Position numbers and translations under genes: made by a program
In this document: one piece after another, positions 8,215 through 18,285 of the stretch
Layout: each line of letters starts with the position of its first letter
How positions within the stretch are numbered: the stretch's first letter is position 1
Source: a virus
Length of the DNA: 64,000 nt
Strand: one strand, 5' to 3'
Virus record (IMG/VR): IMGVR_UViG_3300027608_000014
Coordinates: 1 to 64,000 of that record
The notes under the pieces: generated by a model
The model's database searches: none
Told to the model about the DNA's origin: nothing
What the model saw: only the letters and a program-made list of their open reading frames with translations

Positions 8215-10101
8215 ATGCCAGACCCAGCCCCTCAAACGACCACGATCGGTAGGTTGATGTTTAATTCTATCGTTCCAGAGGTGCATCGTCAGGGACTTGA
8301 TCCGAACAAGCCAATCGAGACAAAGGCTGTTAAACAAGTATTGCAAAGTGTTGCGGACGGCGACCCCGACCGCTATAAGAACATCTCTCACGCCATTCTC
8401 AATCTTGGCTCTAGGGCTGCTCTCCAGACTGAGAGCTCGCTGACCCTGAACGACCTGAGAAGTCCCATCGACAAGACCAAGCTGATGACAGAGGTAGATG
8501 CCCAGGAGAGAAGCATCTTCAGCAATCCCAATCTAAGTGAGACCGCAAAGAAGAATGAGCTGGTCAAGCTCTATGGCAAACTGTCCTCAGAGATGCCAGA
8601 GGCAATTTTCAAGGCGTCGTATGCCCAGGGCAACAGACTCTCAAACATGGTTGCCTCTGGAGCTCGTGGCAACAAGTCACAGCTCTCTAGCAACATCGGA
8701 TCTGACTGGCTAGTTCTGGATCAGAACGACAACCCCATTCCGATTCCCATCAAGCATAACTACGCAGAGGGACTGGAGAGCGCCGAGTACTTCGGCAGTG
8801 CATATGGAACAAGGAGCGGACTTGTATCGGTTAAGTTGGCTACAGCAGACAGCGGATTTGCTAGCAAGCAGTTAGCTATCGCAGCTTCAGATCTTATTGT
8901 CACCAAGCTTGACTGTGGTACAGATCGAGGCATCCCTGTAGAGGTGGGTGATGGTGAGAACATTGGAACGCTCCTGGCCAGAACGACAGGAGGATACGCT
9001 GCAGGGACCATCCTGACGGCCCGAACGCTCAAGGCCATAAAGGACGACGGAGTCAAAAACATGCTAGTCAGGTCGCCCATCACCTGTCAGGCAGAGAGCG
9101 GACTATGCGCCAAATGCTCTGGCGTTCGAGAACGAGGCACTCTTCCACCGCTATTGGACAATGTTGGACTTGCGGCATCTAGTGCGATTGGCGAGCCGTT
9201 AAGTCAAGGCGCTCTATCAGCAAAGCACAAGGCGGGAGTTGCCGGAGCCCAGACGAGGAGAGTCGGTGGATTCAAGGCTATCAACGCTCTGCTTCAGTCT
9301 CCTGAGATTTATCCAGACGGAGCGCCGGTAGCGACTCAAGATGGAGTGGTCACCAAGATTGAAGCAGCACCACAAGGCGGTCATCATGTGTACGTTGGAG
9401 ACATTAAGCACTACGCTCCACTGCAGCAGAATTTGATCATCAAGTCAGGCAGCAGACTAGAGGCTGGAGATCCTCTGACAAATGGCGTCGTCAGTCCTGC
9501 GGATGTAGTGAAGTACAAAGGAATCGGAGAGGGACGGATGCACCTACTCAAATCTCTACGGCAATCATTCATCGATAATGGCCTTCCAGATAATAGGCGT
9601 AACATTGAGGTTCTTGCTAGAGCAGCGGTAAATCACTCAACCGTGACCGACCCTGATCGAACAGACTATCTCCCTGATGAGGTCGTCCATCACTCTGCGC
9701 TGGAGAACACTTATCAGCCACACGATGACACTGTCTCTATGCATCCATCTAAGTCGTACGGCCAGTATCTTCAGAAGCCGTCTCTGTACTTTACAGTTGG
9801 AACTAGAGTGACTCCGAATGTTGCCAAGGTTATGGAGGACAATGGAGAAAATGAGATTCAAGTCTCCAAGAAGCCTGCAGGGTTCGACCCAAGCTACATT
9901 CGACTGATGGATCACGGATCCATGAAGACCGACCTTGGAGATCAACTCTCGAGCAGCTACGTCGCCAGCTCCCTGAAGGACACGGTACTTAGTGGAAAGG
10001 CAAAGGCCGATATTCACGGAACTTCACCAATGATGCCGCTGGCCTACGCCATCGAGTTTGGTCAGAAAAGCAAAGTTGACCCTAACCGTGTAGGCTACTG
10101 A
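8215..10101 (+). CDS. rpoC: Multisubunit RNA polymerase beta' subunit, C-terminal half (split beta')
   Basis: TTIGR; SGARG; bridge-helix region EGL...G.R.GL...TADSG...DCGT; Zn site RSPITC...CAKC; trigger loop IGEPLSQ...KH; IEVLAR. No NADFDGD catalytic motif. Confidence 0.9.
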   Translation: MPDPAPQTTTIGRLMFNSIVPEVHRQGLDPNKPIETKAVKQVLQSVADGDPDRYKNISHAILNLGSRAALQTESSLTLNDLRSPIDKTKLMTEVDAQERSIFSNPNLSETAKKNELVKLYGKLSSEMPEAIFKASYAQGNRLSNMVASGARGNKSQLSSNIGSDWLVLDQNDNPIPIPIKHNYAEGLESAEYFGSAYGTRSGLVSVKLATADSGFASKQLAIAASDLIVTKLDCGTDRGIPVEVGDGENIGTLLARTTGGYAAGTILTARTLKAIKDDGVKNMLVRSPITCQAESGLCAKCSGVRERGTLPPLLDNVGLAASSAIGEPLSQGALSAKHKAGVAGAQTRRVGGFKAINALLQSPEIYPDGAPVATQDGVVTKIEAAPQGGHHVYVGDIKHYAPLQQNLIIKSGSRLEAGDPLTNGVVSPADVVKYKGIGEGRMHLLKSLRQSFIDNGLPDNRRNIEVLARAAVNHSTVTDPDRTDYLPDEVVHHSALENTYQPHDDTVSMHPSKSYGQYLQKPSLYFTVGTRVTPNVAKVMEDNGENEIQVSKKPAGFDPSYIRLMDHGSMKTDLGDQLSSSYVASSLKDTVLSGKAKADIHGTSPMMPLAYAIEFGQKSKVDPNRVGY

Positions 10102-10260
10102 TGAAATGCACGCAGATTATTTTCTAATAATCAAATTTTAACTATTGTTGATCGATACAAAAGTGGAGAGTCTCTGGATTCCATTGCAAGGTCCCTTGGC
10201 ACATCAAGAGGGACGATCCTAGAGAGGTCAAAATCAAAAGTGTTAATTCTGGACGTTTTC
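10101..10260 (+). pseudogene. Frameshifted HTH remnant (possibly a homing-endonuclease relic)
   Basis: RLFSNNQILTIVDRYKSGESLDSIARSLGTSRGTIL lies in a frame blocked by TGA 10102; ATG 10101 is 1 nt out of frame. Confidence 0.45.
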
Positions 10261-10288
10261 TTTATTCAACCATACAATTCAGTTACTT

Positions 10289-12982
10289 ATGCCAAATACG
10301 CAAATTGAGCGCAGCCTTTCGGATCTAGCCATTACTAGTCTGGGAGATAAACTGCCAGGGTTGATGGAATACTTACTAGGCTTCGAGCTTGTATCAACAG
10401 GGGGTGCTGGTGAGAGTAGCGGAGCCCGTGCAGCAGGCATCCTCGGCTTTGACATTGGAGGAGAGCAGATTCTGCAGCCCGTACTGTTCCTTAATGGTCA
10501 GATCAAGGGCAATGACTGTCTGTACCTCAAAAGCTCCGATACGTTCATTTCCGCCTCTCCGGAGTGGGTTGAGTATCTAACGTCCAGGTCGACAGGCAAT
10601 CCAGGAGAGCCAAGACCAGGCGGAAGGAATCTTCCAGGTGTTCCATCGGAGTCTCTTAGGATCTTCAATCAGCCTCCCCAGATCAGCAACTCCAAGTATG
10701 CGTCTTACGGTGATGAGCTAGACAGTATCTTTGAGGAGTTCATGAATCCGCAGAGAGCAATGAGCCCAGCCTCTCCGACCTTCAATGTTCCAAATGTACT
10801 GCGCTCGATGGGCAAGGAGGCGTGCGTACACTTCATGCAGCACCTGCTCCAGGACTTCCCTGAGCTATTGGTTAAGCTGGCCGACTACTACCCAGGCGAC
10901 GAGCTAAAGATCGACTTCCCGCCAGAGCCAGTCGTCAAGACTGCTGCTGTCGTGCAGGTTCTTCCAGTGGAGTTCTCAACCCTCAAGAAAGCAGACATTG
11001 TTGATCTGGTTGGAGCCTATAAGAATCCCATGGTTGGAGTTCAGTCATATCAAAACTCTATACAACCACAGCCTGGTGGTTATGGAATGGTCCAGGGCGA
11101 TACAGCTTCTCCGAAACAGATAGGGAATCCCGAACACATCAGAACGGGGGTAACGCCAGGATTTCATGAAAAGGGAGGCGGAGAACGATTCAAAGATTAT
11201 AGTGCTACTGAGCAAGCAGTGATTACTGGAATAAAGGACTACAAAAGAGGTCTAACTGATCCAGCAGGGTTGAATGTAGACGCCTATCTGAAAAGTACGA
11301 ATAGGCCATCTCTACAAAATCCAGGAGAGATCAACACTTTTATCAAGAATATATTTCCTAAGATTACACAGGCTGGTCCATCACCATCCCTGCCCAAGAT
11401 TGCCACTCTAGTAGAGTTCTCAACCCTCAAGAACGTACAGGATCATCCAGAGCTATTCAGTCTCGAGCAGAAGCAGGCTGCCTTCCGTGGCGAACTGATC
11501 GTGATCGACAAGCGTGCCAAGGAAGAGAAGTCAGAGACGTTCTCCGACGATTATACTGAGAGATTCTCTGCTCCAACAGAGAGCGGATTCTACAAGATGA
11601 TCAACGCCTATGGAGAGCTTGAAGACGTCTTCATCGGATACAACAGCTTCCTGCTAGACAAGCCAGGCAAGAGTGTCGACGGCTGCACGATCATCGATCC
11701 ATCTAGTGGAGCGTTCTATTTGCCGATCAAGTCAGAGGAGGTCCTCGTTCGTCCGAAGAAGTCACTGAGCGACGAAGAGTTTGAGAAGAGCTTCAATAAG
11801 CTCAGCGAGATCTCGTCAGCAACAATGAACAAATGTTATGTTGCTATCTCACCTAATCGTCAGGTCAGCGCTCCTTTTGAGGTTCGCTCGAAAGACAAGT
11901 CCCCCAACTATCTAGCTCTTCGAGTCGACACTCTGTATACGTTCGAGAGCCGCATGATTGAGCAGCGTAAGGGTCGTCCAGTGTATGGACCACCACGCAG
12001 CAGCAACCATGTTCGCGGAACAACAGTTCGAATCGTAGACGCAAACGTGGGTAAGGTTACTCAACTTGGTGATGTCATCTGTGTGCCAAGCAGTTGGAGG
12101 ATCATGGAAATCGACAACAATCAGGACTTCTATGCATCTTGCTGCACCAGCAGTGATGACGCAGAGACCGCTGACAAGAAGCACAATGAGAAGGAGAAGA
12201 GAGTCCTGAGCCTCAAGCCAGGAAATATTTCCGTTCTTACTCAGGCCATCCAGGACAAGAATATCAAAGCTGTCTCTGTGGATAAGAAGGCTGGTTACTA
12301 CACCATCCTGCTCGGCAAAGGAAAGATGGCACGTTGTACTCATCCATTTAACAAGCACGCCGCTCTAGTCACTCTAGTCGGACGATTCGGTTTGTCCGAG
12401 GAGGACGCCAACGGCCTGCTCAAAAGCGCTGACGACAACGGCGCCTCCAAGTGCTGGGTAAAGATGGCAGCCATCTATGACGGCATGCCGTTCCCTAGTT
12501 ACGACAACTCCGCCGGAATGGACGAGATGGGCTACCCTGAGCAGTACAGAGTTACTGAGCAAGTAAATATTCCATTCAATAACCCGCCCATTACAGACGG
12601 ATCAGATCCAGCAATCGCTAACTACGACAAGATCAAACAGAGTGACGTCGACTTCCTGACCAGAGCTGCCGACACTAACGCGAAGAACGTATTCGATCCA
12701 GCCATGATCGGACAGATTCTTAAGACGAGCAGAACTTCGGCCATGATCGACAAGTGGCTGCCTGATCTTGTCAAAGCCATGGACTCGAGCGCCCGATTCC
12801 TATTGATGTTCTACTGGGCAAATGCCAAGTTTGCTGATATGTATGGAAGTGATGAGCTTTCCTCCCTAGAAGACTTGCTCCAAGAGAACCTATCCCAGTT
12901 GGGCAAATTGGTTCTGTTCCTCAAGCAGAAAACTGTTGAGGGCTCATCTGATCAAACCAGTGCATTCGCAAGTCGCTATTAA
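10289..12982 (+). CDS. Large putative prohead core/internal head protein with an inserted cassette
   Basis: 897 aa, in the head module. Multiple KxA sites (KYA, KTA, KKA, KIA, KMA). Duplicated VEFSTLK flanks a 148-codon insert. Confidence 0.6.
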   Translation: MPNTQIERSLSDLAITSLGDKLPGLMEYLLGFELVSTGGAGESSGARAAGILGFDIGGEQILQPVLFLNGQIKGNDCLYLKSSDTFISASPEWVEYLTSRSTGNPGEPRPGGRNLPGVPSESLRIFNQPPQISNSKYASYGDELDSIFEEFMNPQRAMSPASPTFNVPNVLRSMGKEACVHFMQHLLQDFPELLVKLADYYPGDELKIDFPPEPVVKTAAVVQVLPVEFSTLKKADIVDLVGAYKNPMVGVQSYQNSIQPQPGGYGMVQGDTASPKQIGNPEHIRTGVTPGFHEKGGGERFKDYSATEQAVITGIKDYKRGLTDPAGLNVDAYLKSTNRPSLQNPGEINTFIKNIFPKITQAGPSPSLPKIATLVEFSTLKNVQDHPELFSLEQKQAAFRGELIVIDKRAKEEKSETFSDDYTERFSAPTESGFYKMINAYGELEDVFIGYNSFLLDKPGKSVDGCTIIDPSSGAFYLPIKSEEVLVRPKKSLSDEEFEKSFNKLSEISSATMNKCYVAISPNRQVSAPFEVRSKDKSPNYLALRVDTLYTFESRMIEQRKGRPVYGPPRSSNHVRGTTVRIVDANVGKVTQLGDVICVPSSWRIMEIDNNQDFYASCCTSSDDAETADKKHNEKEKRVLSLKPGNISVLTQAIQDKNIKAVSVDKKAGYYTILLGKGKMARCTHPFNKHAALVTLVGRFGLSEEDANGLLKSADDNGASKCWVKMAAIYDGMPFPSYDNSAGMDEMGYPEQYRVTEQVNIPFNNPPITDGSDPAIANYDKIKQSDVDFLTRAADTNAKNVFDPAMIGQILKTSRTSAMIDKWLPDLVKAMDSSARFLLMFYWANAKFADMYGSDELSSLEDLLQENLSQLGKLVLFLKQKTVEGSSDQTSAFASRY
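10970..11433 (+). repeat. 20-bp direct repeat GAGTTCTCAACCCTCAAGAA flanking an in-frame insert
   Basis: Copies at 10970-10989 and 11414-11433, spacing 444 bp. Confidence 0.9.
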
Positions 12983-13000
12983 TTTTATCTAACCAATACT

Positions 13001-14632
13001 ATGTCTAATAAATTCACCCAAATCTACCTTGCCACCCTTAACAAGAAGGCTGAGGACGCAATAAGTAATCCTCCATTTGGCTATTATCCTGATACTCAAA
13101 TGAACGATTCGGTACCTGGATGGATGGGGCGAGGTGGAGATGCAGATGTTTTAACTCCAAAACCTCTGGGCCTTCAGGCTCCATTTGTTTCCCGCAGTCT
13201 CCTACCAAGTCTTTCGCCAGCCAGAGTGTATCTTTCCAGCAATCAAATTGACGACAATGGCATCAATGGCATTGCTTACATTAACGCTCCTGGAGGGATA
13301 GATAATACTAATGGTATAGGAGAACAGCCAGCTCTTCGTCCCGGATTCCCACAGACAGTAAGGTCCTCAGGAATACCTGGCGCTGAACTCTCTTTGGGAA
13401 ACATACCTCCAGACCCAACTCCTCAGCTTCGCGCTACGCCTCCAGGACTAAGGCCAGACCCATCCGCCCTAGGCAAGAAGGCTGAAGCCTTCCCAGAACC
13501 AGGTCGCTTTACTCTTGAGGGGTCTAGGCCAAGTCAGGGTGCTGCTCCAGAGATTCTTGGATCAAGACCAAGTAGCTTTACTCTTGAGCATACAGCAGCA
13601 AGGCCGACTACGGGTTTGGCCTTCACCTCTGGAGTTGATCTGCCAGCTCCTGCGCCAACTATCCTCGATTTGCTCATAAAAAATAGGCTCCTAGCTGGTG
13701 CTGGACTCGCTGCTGCTGGAGCCGCTGGCTACATGGGCTACAAAGCCTTGAGCAAAAAGAAGAAGAAGAAAGGTGACGACGACGATGACGACAAGACCGC
13801 ATCCTTCACTGAGGCCTACTACAATGGCCGTAAAGGTCCACAGTCGTACGCTGACACCTACATTGCTGCATTCCATAAGAGAGCTCAGGATGAGCCCCTT
13901 AGTGCTATTGAGCTGGATTATGGGAATATGGCGAGTAATACAGAGGCAAAGAAGAGGTTGCAGCAAACGCTCACCGACGTCGAAAGAATCCGTCGAGCTC
14001 CCGATCCCGAGCCACTGACTCGCAGACAGCGGGAGGAGGAGCTCGCAGAGGAGGATAGAGGAAACATCGCGTTGGGCGCGCCGCTTCGACCAAGTCCATA
14101 TCGGGCGCCTAAGTCCAGGAATCCAATCAATATTGCATCTGATACTGTTATGAATGGTGCCGCAGCACGCCAGTCCGCGCCAGCACAACCATCAATTCAG
14201 GACAAGGTTCTGTCAGCGGCTCGCTCAGCTGGCAACCAGATCAAGTCAACGGCCACCTCAGCAGGCAATGCGATCTCTGATGCCTATGGCCGGGCCAATG
14301 ACTCTATGGGCAGTAAGCTTGCTCCAGTAATTTATCCTAAAGTCTACGAGGAAGCCGCTGGAGTCGATCGAAACATCCCGATCCTTATGGAGAACAGTAG
14401 ATTCGCTAAGGCAATCGCTCCTTTCGATCCAAAGGCTCCACCTAAGCCAGGTCGTCAGCTCTCTGCCTTCAGTAGACTAGGAACTCCTGGATTCTCTAAG
14501 AACAAACTCAATCCTCCTCCTCAGCTTACTGGACTCGTCAACAGTGCGGCTCAGAATATGAATCCTAGTATCTCGGTTTCAACTCCCTCGGCGGCCCCGC
14601 GCTGGAACTTCACCCCCAGTGCCAATCCGTAA
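13001..14632 (+). CDS. Modular low-complexity internal-head cargo polyprotein
   Basis: Leader FTQIYLATLNKKA; segments split by KKA, KTA and KRA; one Gly/Ala TM-like helix followed by poly-K and poly-D. Confidence 0.6.
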   Translation: MSNKFTQIYLATLNKKAEDAISNPPFGYYPDTQMNDSVPGWMGRGGDADVLTPKPLGLQAPFVSRSLLPSLSPARVYLSSNQIDDNGINGIAYINAPGGIDNTNGIGEQPALRPGFPQTVRSSGIPGAELSLGNIPPDPTPQLRATPPGLRPDPSALGKKAEAFPEPGRFTLEGSRPSQGAAPEILGSRPSSFTLEHTAARPTTGLAFTSGVDLPAPAPTILDLLIKNRLLAGAGLAAAGAAGYMGYKALSKKKKKKGDDDDDDKTASFTEAYYNGRKGPQSYADTYIAAFHKRAQDEPLSAIELDYGNMASNTEAKKRLQQTLTDVERIRRAPDPEPLTRRQREEELAEEDRGNIALGAPLRPSPYRAPKSRNPINIASDTVMNGAAARQSAPAQPSIQDKVLSAARSAGNQIKSTATSAGNAISDAYGRANDSMGSKLAPVIYPKVYEEAAGVDRNIPILMENSRFAKAIAPFDPKAPPKPGRQLSAFSRLGTPGFSKNKLNPPPQLTGLVNSAAQNMNPSISVSTPSAAPRWNFTPSANP

Positions 14633-14636
14633 CGGG

Positions 14637-15743
14637 ATGTCACACATCGACTACTTCAGCGCCTATCGCAGCGGCGTGCGAAAGGTCGCTACGATCGTGC
14701 CGACTGCAGTAGAGCTCTACATGCAGGGCTTTCTTAAGCAGGCGGAAGTGCCCCCTTTCAAGCGATCGGTGGTTACTTCAACTGTCACCCCCCGCACGCC
14801 CTGGGCAAGATCATTCAGCGATCTGAGTGCATATCCTGGTCGACCAGTTCCAGGGGAAAACCGGCAAGGGCAGACAATTACATATTATACGCCGCCCGCA
14901 AATTCGCGCCCAGGATTTAGGCGATTGGCAGCGCTGAAGGGTAACGAGACTAATGCTCAGATGGATGCTTACCTGAGAGCACTGGCTGAACAAAACGCAG
15001 GCGATAGGGGCTCCTATAGGACTGTTTTTACCCCGCCAAGAGTAACTGAAAACTCGAGAGTGCTTAGTCAGAGCGAAGGCGATGCTATTTTCGGTCCTGT
15101 CCGTCCTCCTATTCAAACTCGGGTGGGAGAAGTCACACAAGTTCCAGGTGGAACTGTTGGGGAAAAGCCTCTGCCCGCCGGTGTCGTGTTCGGTCCTGAC
15201 GTAAAGACTCCACATGGAGGCTATCGTAAAATTCTGAATTCAACTCAGCAGACAGACATAAAGCCTCCAGAACTTCGCGCTACGCCTCCAGAGCTAAGGC
15301 CAGACTCAGCCCCAGCTCTAGAAGAGCCTCCAGCGGCACTAGCTGTATCTCAACTTCCAGGAGAGCTTGCTCAGCCGACACTGGGTGGCAGGTCGCTTCT
15401 GTCACCGGAAACCAAACGAGAGTCGGGCGCTGAATTCAAGCGTGACAATCCCGAGCTTGCGAAGATCAGCCCCAGTAAGCCAGCCAGGCCAGTCGATATC
15501 TCGCCTGATATGAATACTCAGTTTAAAAGATTTCACGGAACTAAGTTCGATCCAACCAGTAGGGTTGATAGAGAAAAGCTGACGAAACTTCCGCCAATTT
15601 CAGCTAAACCAGAACCCATCTCATCAGCTAAGAACACACAGTTTAAAGACTATCACGGAACTAAGTTCGATCCAACCAGTAGGGTTGATAGAGAAAAGCT
15701 GACGAAACTTCCGCCAATTTCAACTTTCGACACAACGGCGTAG
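14637..15743 (+). CDS. Modular internal-head cargo protein with tandem 40-aa repeats
   Basis: Start reassigned to ATG 14637. Two leader motifs (...RKVA, ...LKQA). Two HGTKFDPTSRVDREKL repeats. Confidence 0.6.
   Translation: MSHIDYFSAYRSGVRKVATIVPTAVELYMQGFLKQAEVPPFKRSVVTSTVTPRTPWARSFSDLSAYPGRPVPGENRQGQTITYYTPPANSRPGFRRLAALKGNETNAQMDAYLRALAEQNAGDRGSYRTVFTPPRVTENSRVLSQSEGDAIFGPVRPPIQTRVGEVTQVPGGTVGEKPLPAGVVFGPDVKTPHGGYRKILNSTQQTDIKPPELRATPPELRPDSAPALEEPPAALAVSQLPGELAQPTLGGRSLLSPETKRESGAEFKRDNPELAKISPSKPARPVDISPDMNTQFKRFHGTKFDPTSRVDREKLTKLPPISAKPEPISSAKNTQFKDYHGTKFDPTSRVDREKLTKLPPISTFDTTA
15533..15722 (+). repeat. 120-bp-period tandem repeat with a 70-bp identical core; third diverged copy near 28000-28115
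   Basis: 15533-15602 is identical to 15653-15722. Confidence 0.9.
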
Positions 15744-15756
15744 GGGCTTAATCGTC

Positions 15757-17346
15757 ATGTTAAAGCGCGCAGAGGAACTTGGCGTAGTCAGCTTGGGTCG
15801 ACCAGCAAGGTCGCCCGAGCGCGTACTTGCGGGTCAGAAGCAGCTTCAGGCAATCAGAGACGAGTACGACAATCGTCACTACACTACCGCCAAGAATCTA
15901 GGCAAGTCATACCTGGGAGCATTCAAGGATCTGGGCTCCTTCCTTGCCACACCCACCAGACCTTTACCTGGAAGCAGAGCTGCTGTTCTTGAAGCGTCTA
16001 AGGGGAGTCCCGATTATGCCGTCAAGGCTGTAGGTGGACTCCTCCGTAGAGCAAAGAAGATGGATCAGGACGCAGGTCAGTGGATAATAGACAAAAACCA
16101 GCAGGCTGGCGACTATATTATAAATGGAGTCACGAATGCCGGTAAATCATTCGCTGCACATCCAGTTCAATCAACTAAGGAGTTTTTAAACGAAGGCTTC
16201 GTTGAGCCGACCAAAGGACTAGGGCAGCACATCCCAGCGTATATTGCGGCGGGCAAAGAACGTGGATGGATGTCTGATGAGGCTAATGATGAGCTCATGA
16301 ATGCTGGATTTAATGGGGTTCACCTTGGAACCAACCTTATGCTGGGCTTGGGTACTATTGGCAAGAGGATGGGATTGAATAGGCTGGCTGTGGCAGGAAG
16401 AAACAAGCTTCTCCCAGGGTTCGGGCTGCGGGCGGCGGCTAAGCTGGAGGCTGCTAAAGTTTTAGCCTCCAGCAAGGCTATTGCTAAACTGCCAGCTCCA
16501 AGATATTTGAACTCGCCAGCTAAAGGAGCGGACGGTCCACTCACCAGAGAAGGCATTGGAACCCTCAGTGGAGCAGATAAAGCTTGGCAAGCTGAACTGG
16601 CTGTACCAACTAGCTTCAATCCAACTAGCTTCAATCCAACTATCTTCAATCCAAACGCTTCCTGGTTACAGAAGGCCGTCCCTGTCTCTCCTGGTTTTGC
16701 TAAGGGAACGGCCCAAACGATCGCAGGAGCAGAATTACTAGCATGGAATGGATTGTTTCCGTCGATGACCAAACGGGATGCTCCGTCTCTACAAGATCAG
16801 AGCATCATAGGCCCCCTAACTGACGGGCCTGTTGAGGCACCTTTCTTTCAGGCTGCTCAGGCACAACAAGATGCCATTGATGACGCAAAACTATTTCAGG
16901 CCTTCACTGGCTTTCGAAAGTACCAGCCGATTAGTACGGCTCCATCTCTACAAGATCAGAGCATCATGGGTGCCCTAACTGACGGGCCTGTTGAGGCACC
17001 TTTCTTTCAGGCTGCTCAGGCACAACAAGATGCCATTGATAACGCAGATCTAAATCGTGCCCTCACTGGAGTCCCCGACTTCCAGCCGATCAGTACCGCT
17101 GCCTCCACTCCAGCCCCAGAGCTTTCAAGTCCAGACTCTAATCCAATCAATACGGCTCCACTCCAGCCAACGACTCTGCCTCCAGGAAGATCACTTCTTC
17201 CTTATGCTGGGTGGGTCGCTGGTGGCTTAGCTGCCGGTGGACTGCTGGCCTGGACGATAAACCACGCCAGGCAAAAGAAACTAGAAGCAAAGAAGCGGCA
17301 GTACCCTCTTGCTCAGCGCTATCCGGCACTGTATGGTTCCAGATAA
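15757..17346 (+). CDS. Modular internal-head cargo protein with C-terminal TM helix
   Basis: MLKRA start; 53-aa duplication; (PTSFN)-like x3; C-terminal WVAGGLAAGGLLAW followed by a basic tail. Confidence 0.6.
   Translation: MLKRAEELGVVSLGRPARSPERVLAGQKQLQAIRDEYDNRHYTTAKNLGKSYLGAFKDLGSFLATPTRPLPGSRAAVLEASKGSPDYAVKAVGGLLRRAKKMDQDAGQWIIDKNQQAGDYIINGVTNAGKSFAAHPVQSTKEFLNEGFVEPTKGLGQHIPAYIAAGKERGWMSDEANDELMNAGFNGVHLGTNLMLGLGTIGKRMGLNRLAVAGRNKLLPGFGLRAAAKLEAAKVLASSKAIAKLPAPRYLNSPAKGADGPLTREGIGTLSGADKAWQAELAVPTSFNPTSFNPTIFNPNASWLQKAVPVSPGFAKGTAQTIAGAELLAWNGLFPSMTKRDAPSLQDQSIIGPLTDGPVEAPFFQAAQAQQDAIDDAKLFQAFTGFRKYQPISTAPSLQDQSIMGALTDGPVEAPFFQAAQAQQDAIDNADLNRALTGVPDFQPISTAASTPAPELSSPDSNPINTAPLQPTTLPPGRSLLPYAGWVAGGLAAGGLLAWTINHARQKKLEAKKRQYPLAQRYPALYGSR
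16780..17100 (+). repeat. 159-bp tandem duplication
   Basis: APSLQDQSI...AQQDAID copies start at 16780 and 16939. Confidence 0.9.
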
Positions 17347-18285
17347 ATGGCTGACGAGGTAATTCCACAATTAAAGAGACTCCCACGATCACTAGAGGAG
17401 TCTTCTAGCTATTATCCTGACTGGCGAATGCGCCAGGTCCTGCAATATAACGCCTTAGAGGGAGCGGAGAGAGCGGCTCATGGACGAGGCTTTCAACTAC
17501 CCGACTGGGAAGATGACGAAGAGGTTCATCGCTACTTTGCGTATACCACACAGGGAGTAAGCTTTGATATAGCTGACACTAAAAGATTTTTCTATGCTGA
17601 TGAGGCCATCCAGCACAACTATCGCACAGGAGCTGCCGCCCGCATCAGATGCCTATTGATCGCTGGTGCGACACCTGACTTTGTCGCCAAGAGACTGGGA
17701 ACCAAGAAGGACCACATCGAAACCTTCTACAGGCTATACTTCGACATCGATCGGTGCTTGGACAACAAGGACTTCATGGCCAGTCTAGTATTTCCATTTG
17801 TGGTTCCCAGATCAGAGCCACCAGAGCAGAAGAAGGAGCGCCTGTGGAGAACAGGCGCCTTCCTAATGGACATCCCTGGATTCGACGCAATCTCACAGAA
17901 AAGAATCGACATGAACGCCGCTGACATCGAGAAGATGAACGGTCAGCTCAAGTCTCTAATGTACAGTCAAGGACTCGAGTACTGCTTGCACCGACGCGCA
18001 GGAATGCTTCCTGGCCCAGGAGACTTGGACAATGTCCTTGCCCATATGCAGATCCCTGCTACTGGAGACAGCGAGAGAGACAGCCAATCCTCAATCTTTA
18101 CTTCTAGTCTTGTTCAGGTGGCTGCAGAGAAATACAGCCTGACCACGACAACAAAAATCACAGATATTCAGGTTGTCTCCACTCGAATTGGACCCGCCAC
18201 TTCGTACGCTATACAAGACCTTGATTATTTTGCTGGAGACGAAGAGATAAACCAACTAGGATTACTGACTGATGAATACCGCTGA
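17347..18285 (+). CDS. Hypothetical head-module protein with an HTH-like segment
   Basis: 312 aa; GATPDFVAKRLGTKKDHIETF. Confidence 0.55.
   Translation: MADEVIPQLKRLPRSLEESSSYYPDWRMRQVLQYNALEGAERAAHGRGFQLPDWEDDEEVHRYFAYTTQGVSFDIADTKRFFYADEAIQHNYRTGAAARIRCLLIAGATPDFVAKRLGTKKDHIETFYRLYFDIDRCLDNKDFMASLVFPFVVPRSEPPEQKKERLWRTGAFLMDIPGFDAISQKRIDMNAADIEKMNGQLKSLMYSQGLEYCLHRRAGMLPGPGDLDNVLAHMQIPATGDSERDSQSSIFTSSLVQVAAEKYSLTTTTKITDIQVVSTRIGPATSYAIQDLDYFAGDEEINQLGLLTDEYR

Noticed and set aside
8215-10101. Host chromosomal rpoC or a pseudogene
   Set aside because: No rpoB or ribosomal-protein context, strongly diverged, and an intact ORF with its own promoter-like site among phage genes.
10970-11433. 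Insert as an intein or IS element
   Set aside because: No N-terminal Cys/Ser or C-terminal His-Asn splice motifs, no transposase, and no terminal inverted repeats.
15533-17100. Repeats as a possible CRISPR array
   Set aside because: Only two copies each, periods are multiples of 3, they are in-frame coding, and there are no unique spacers or cas genes.
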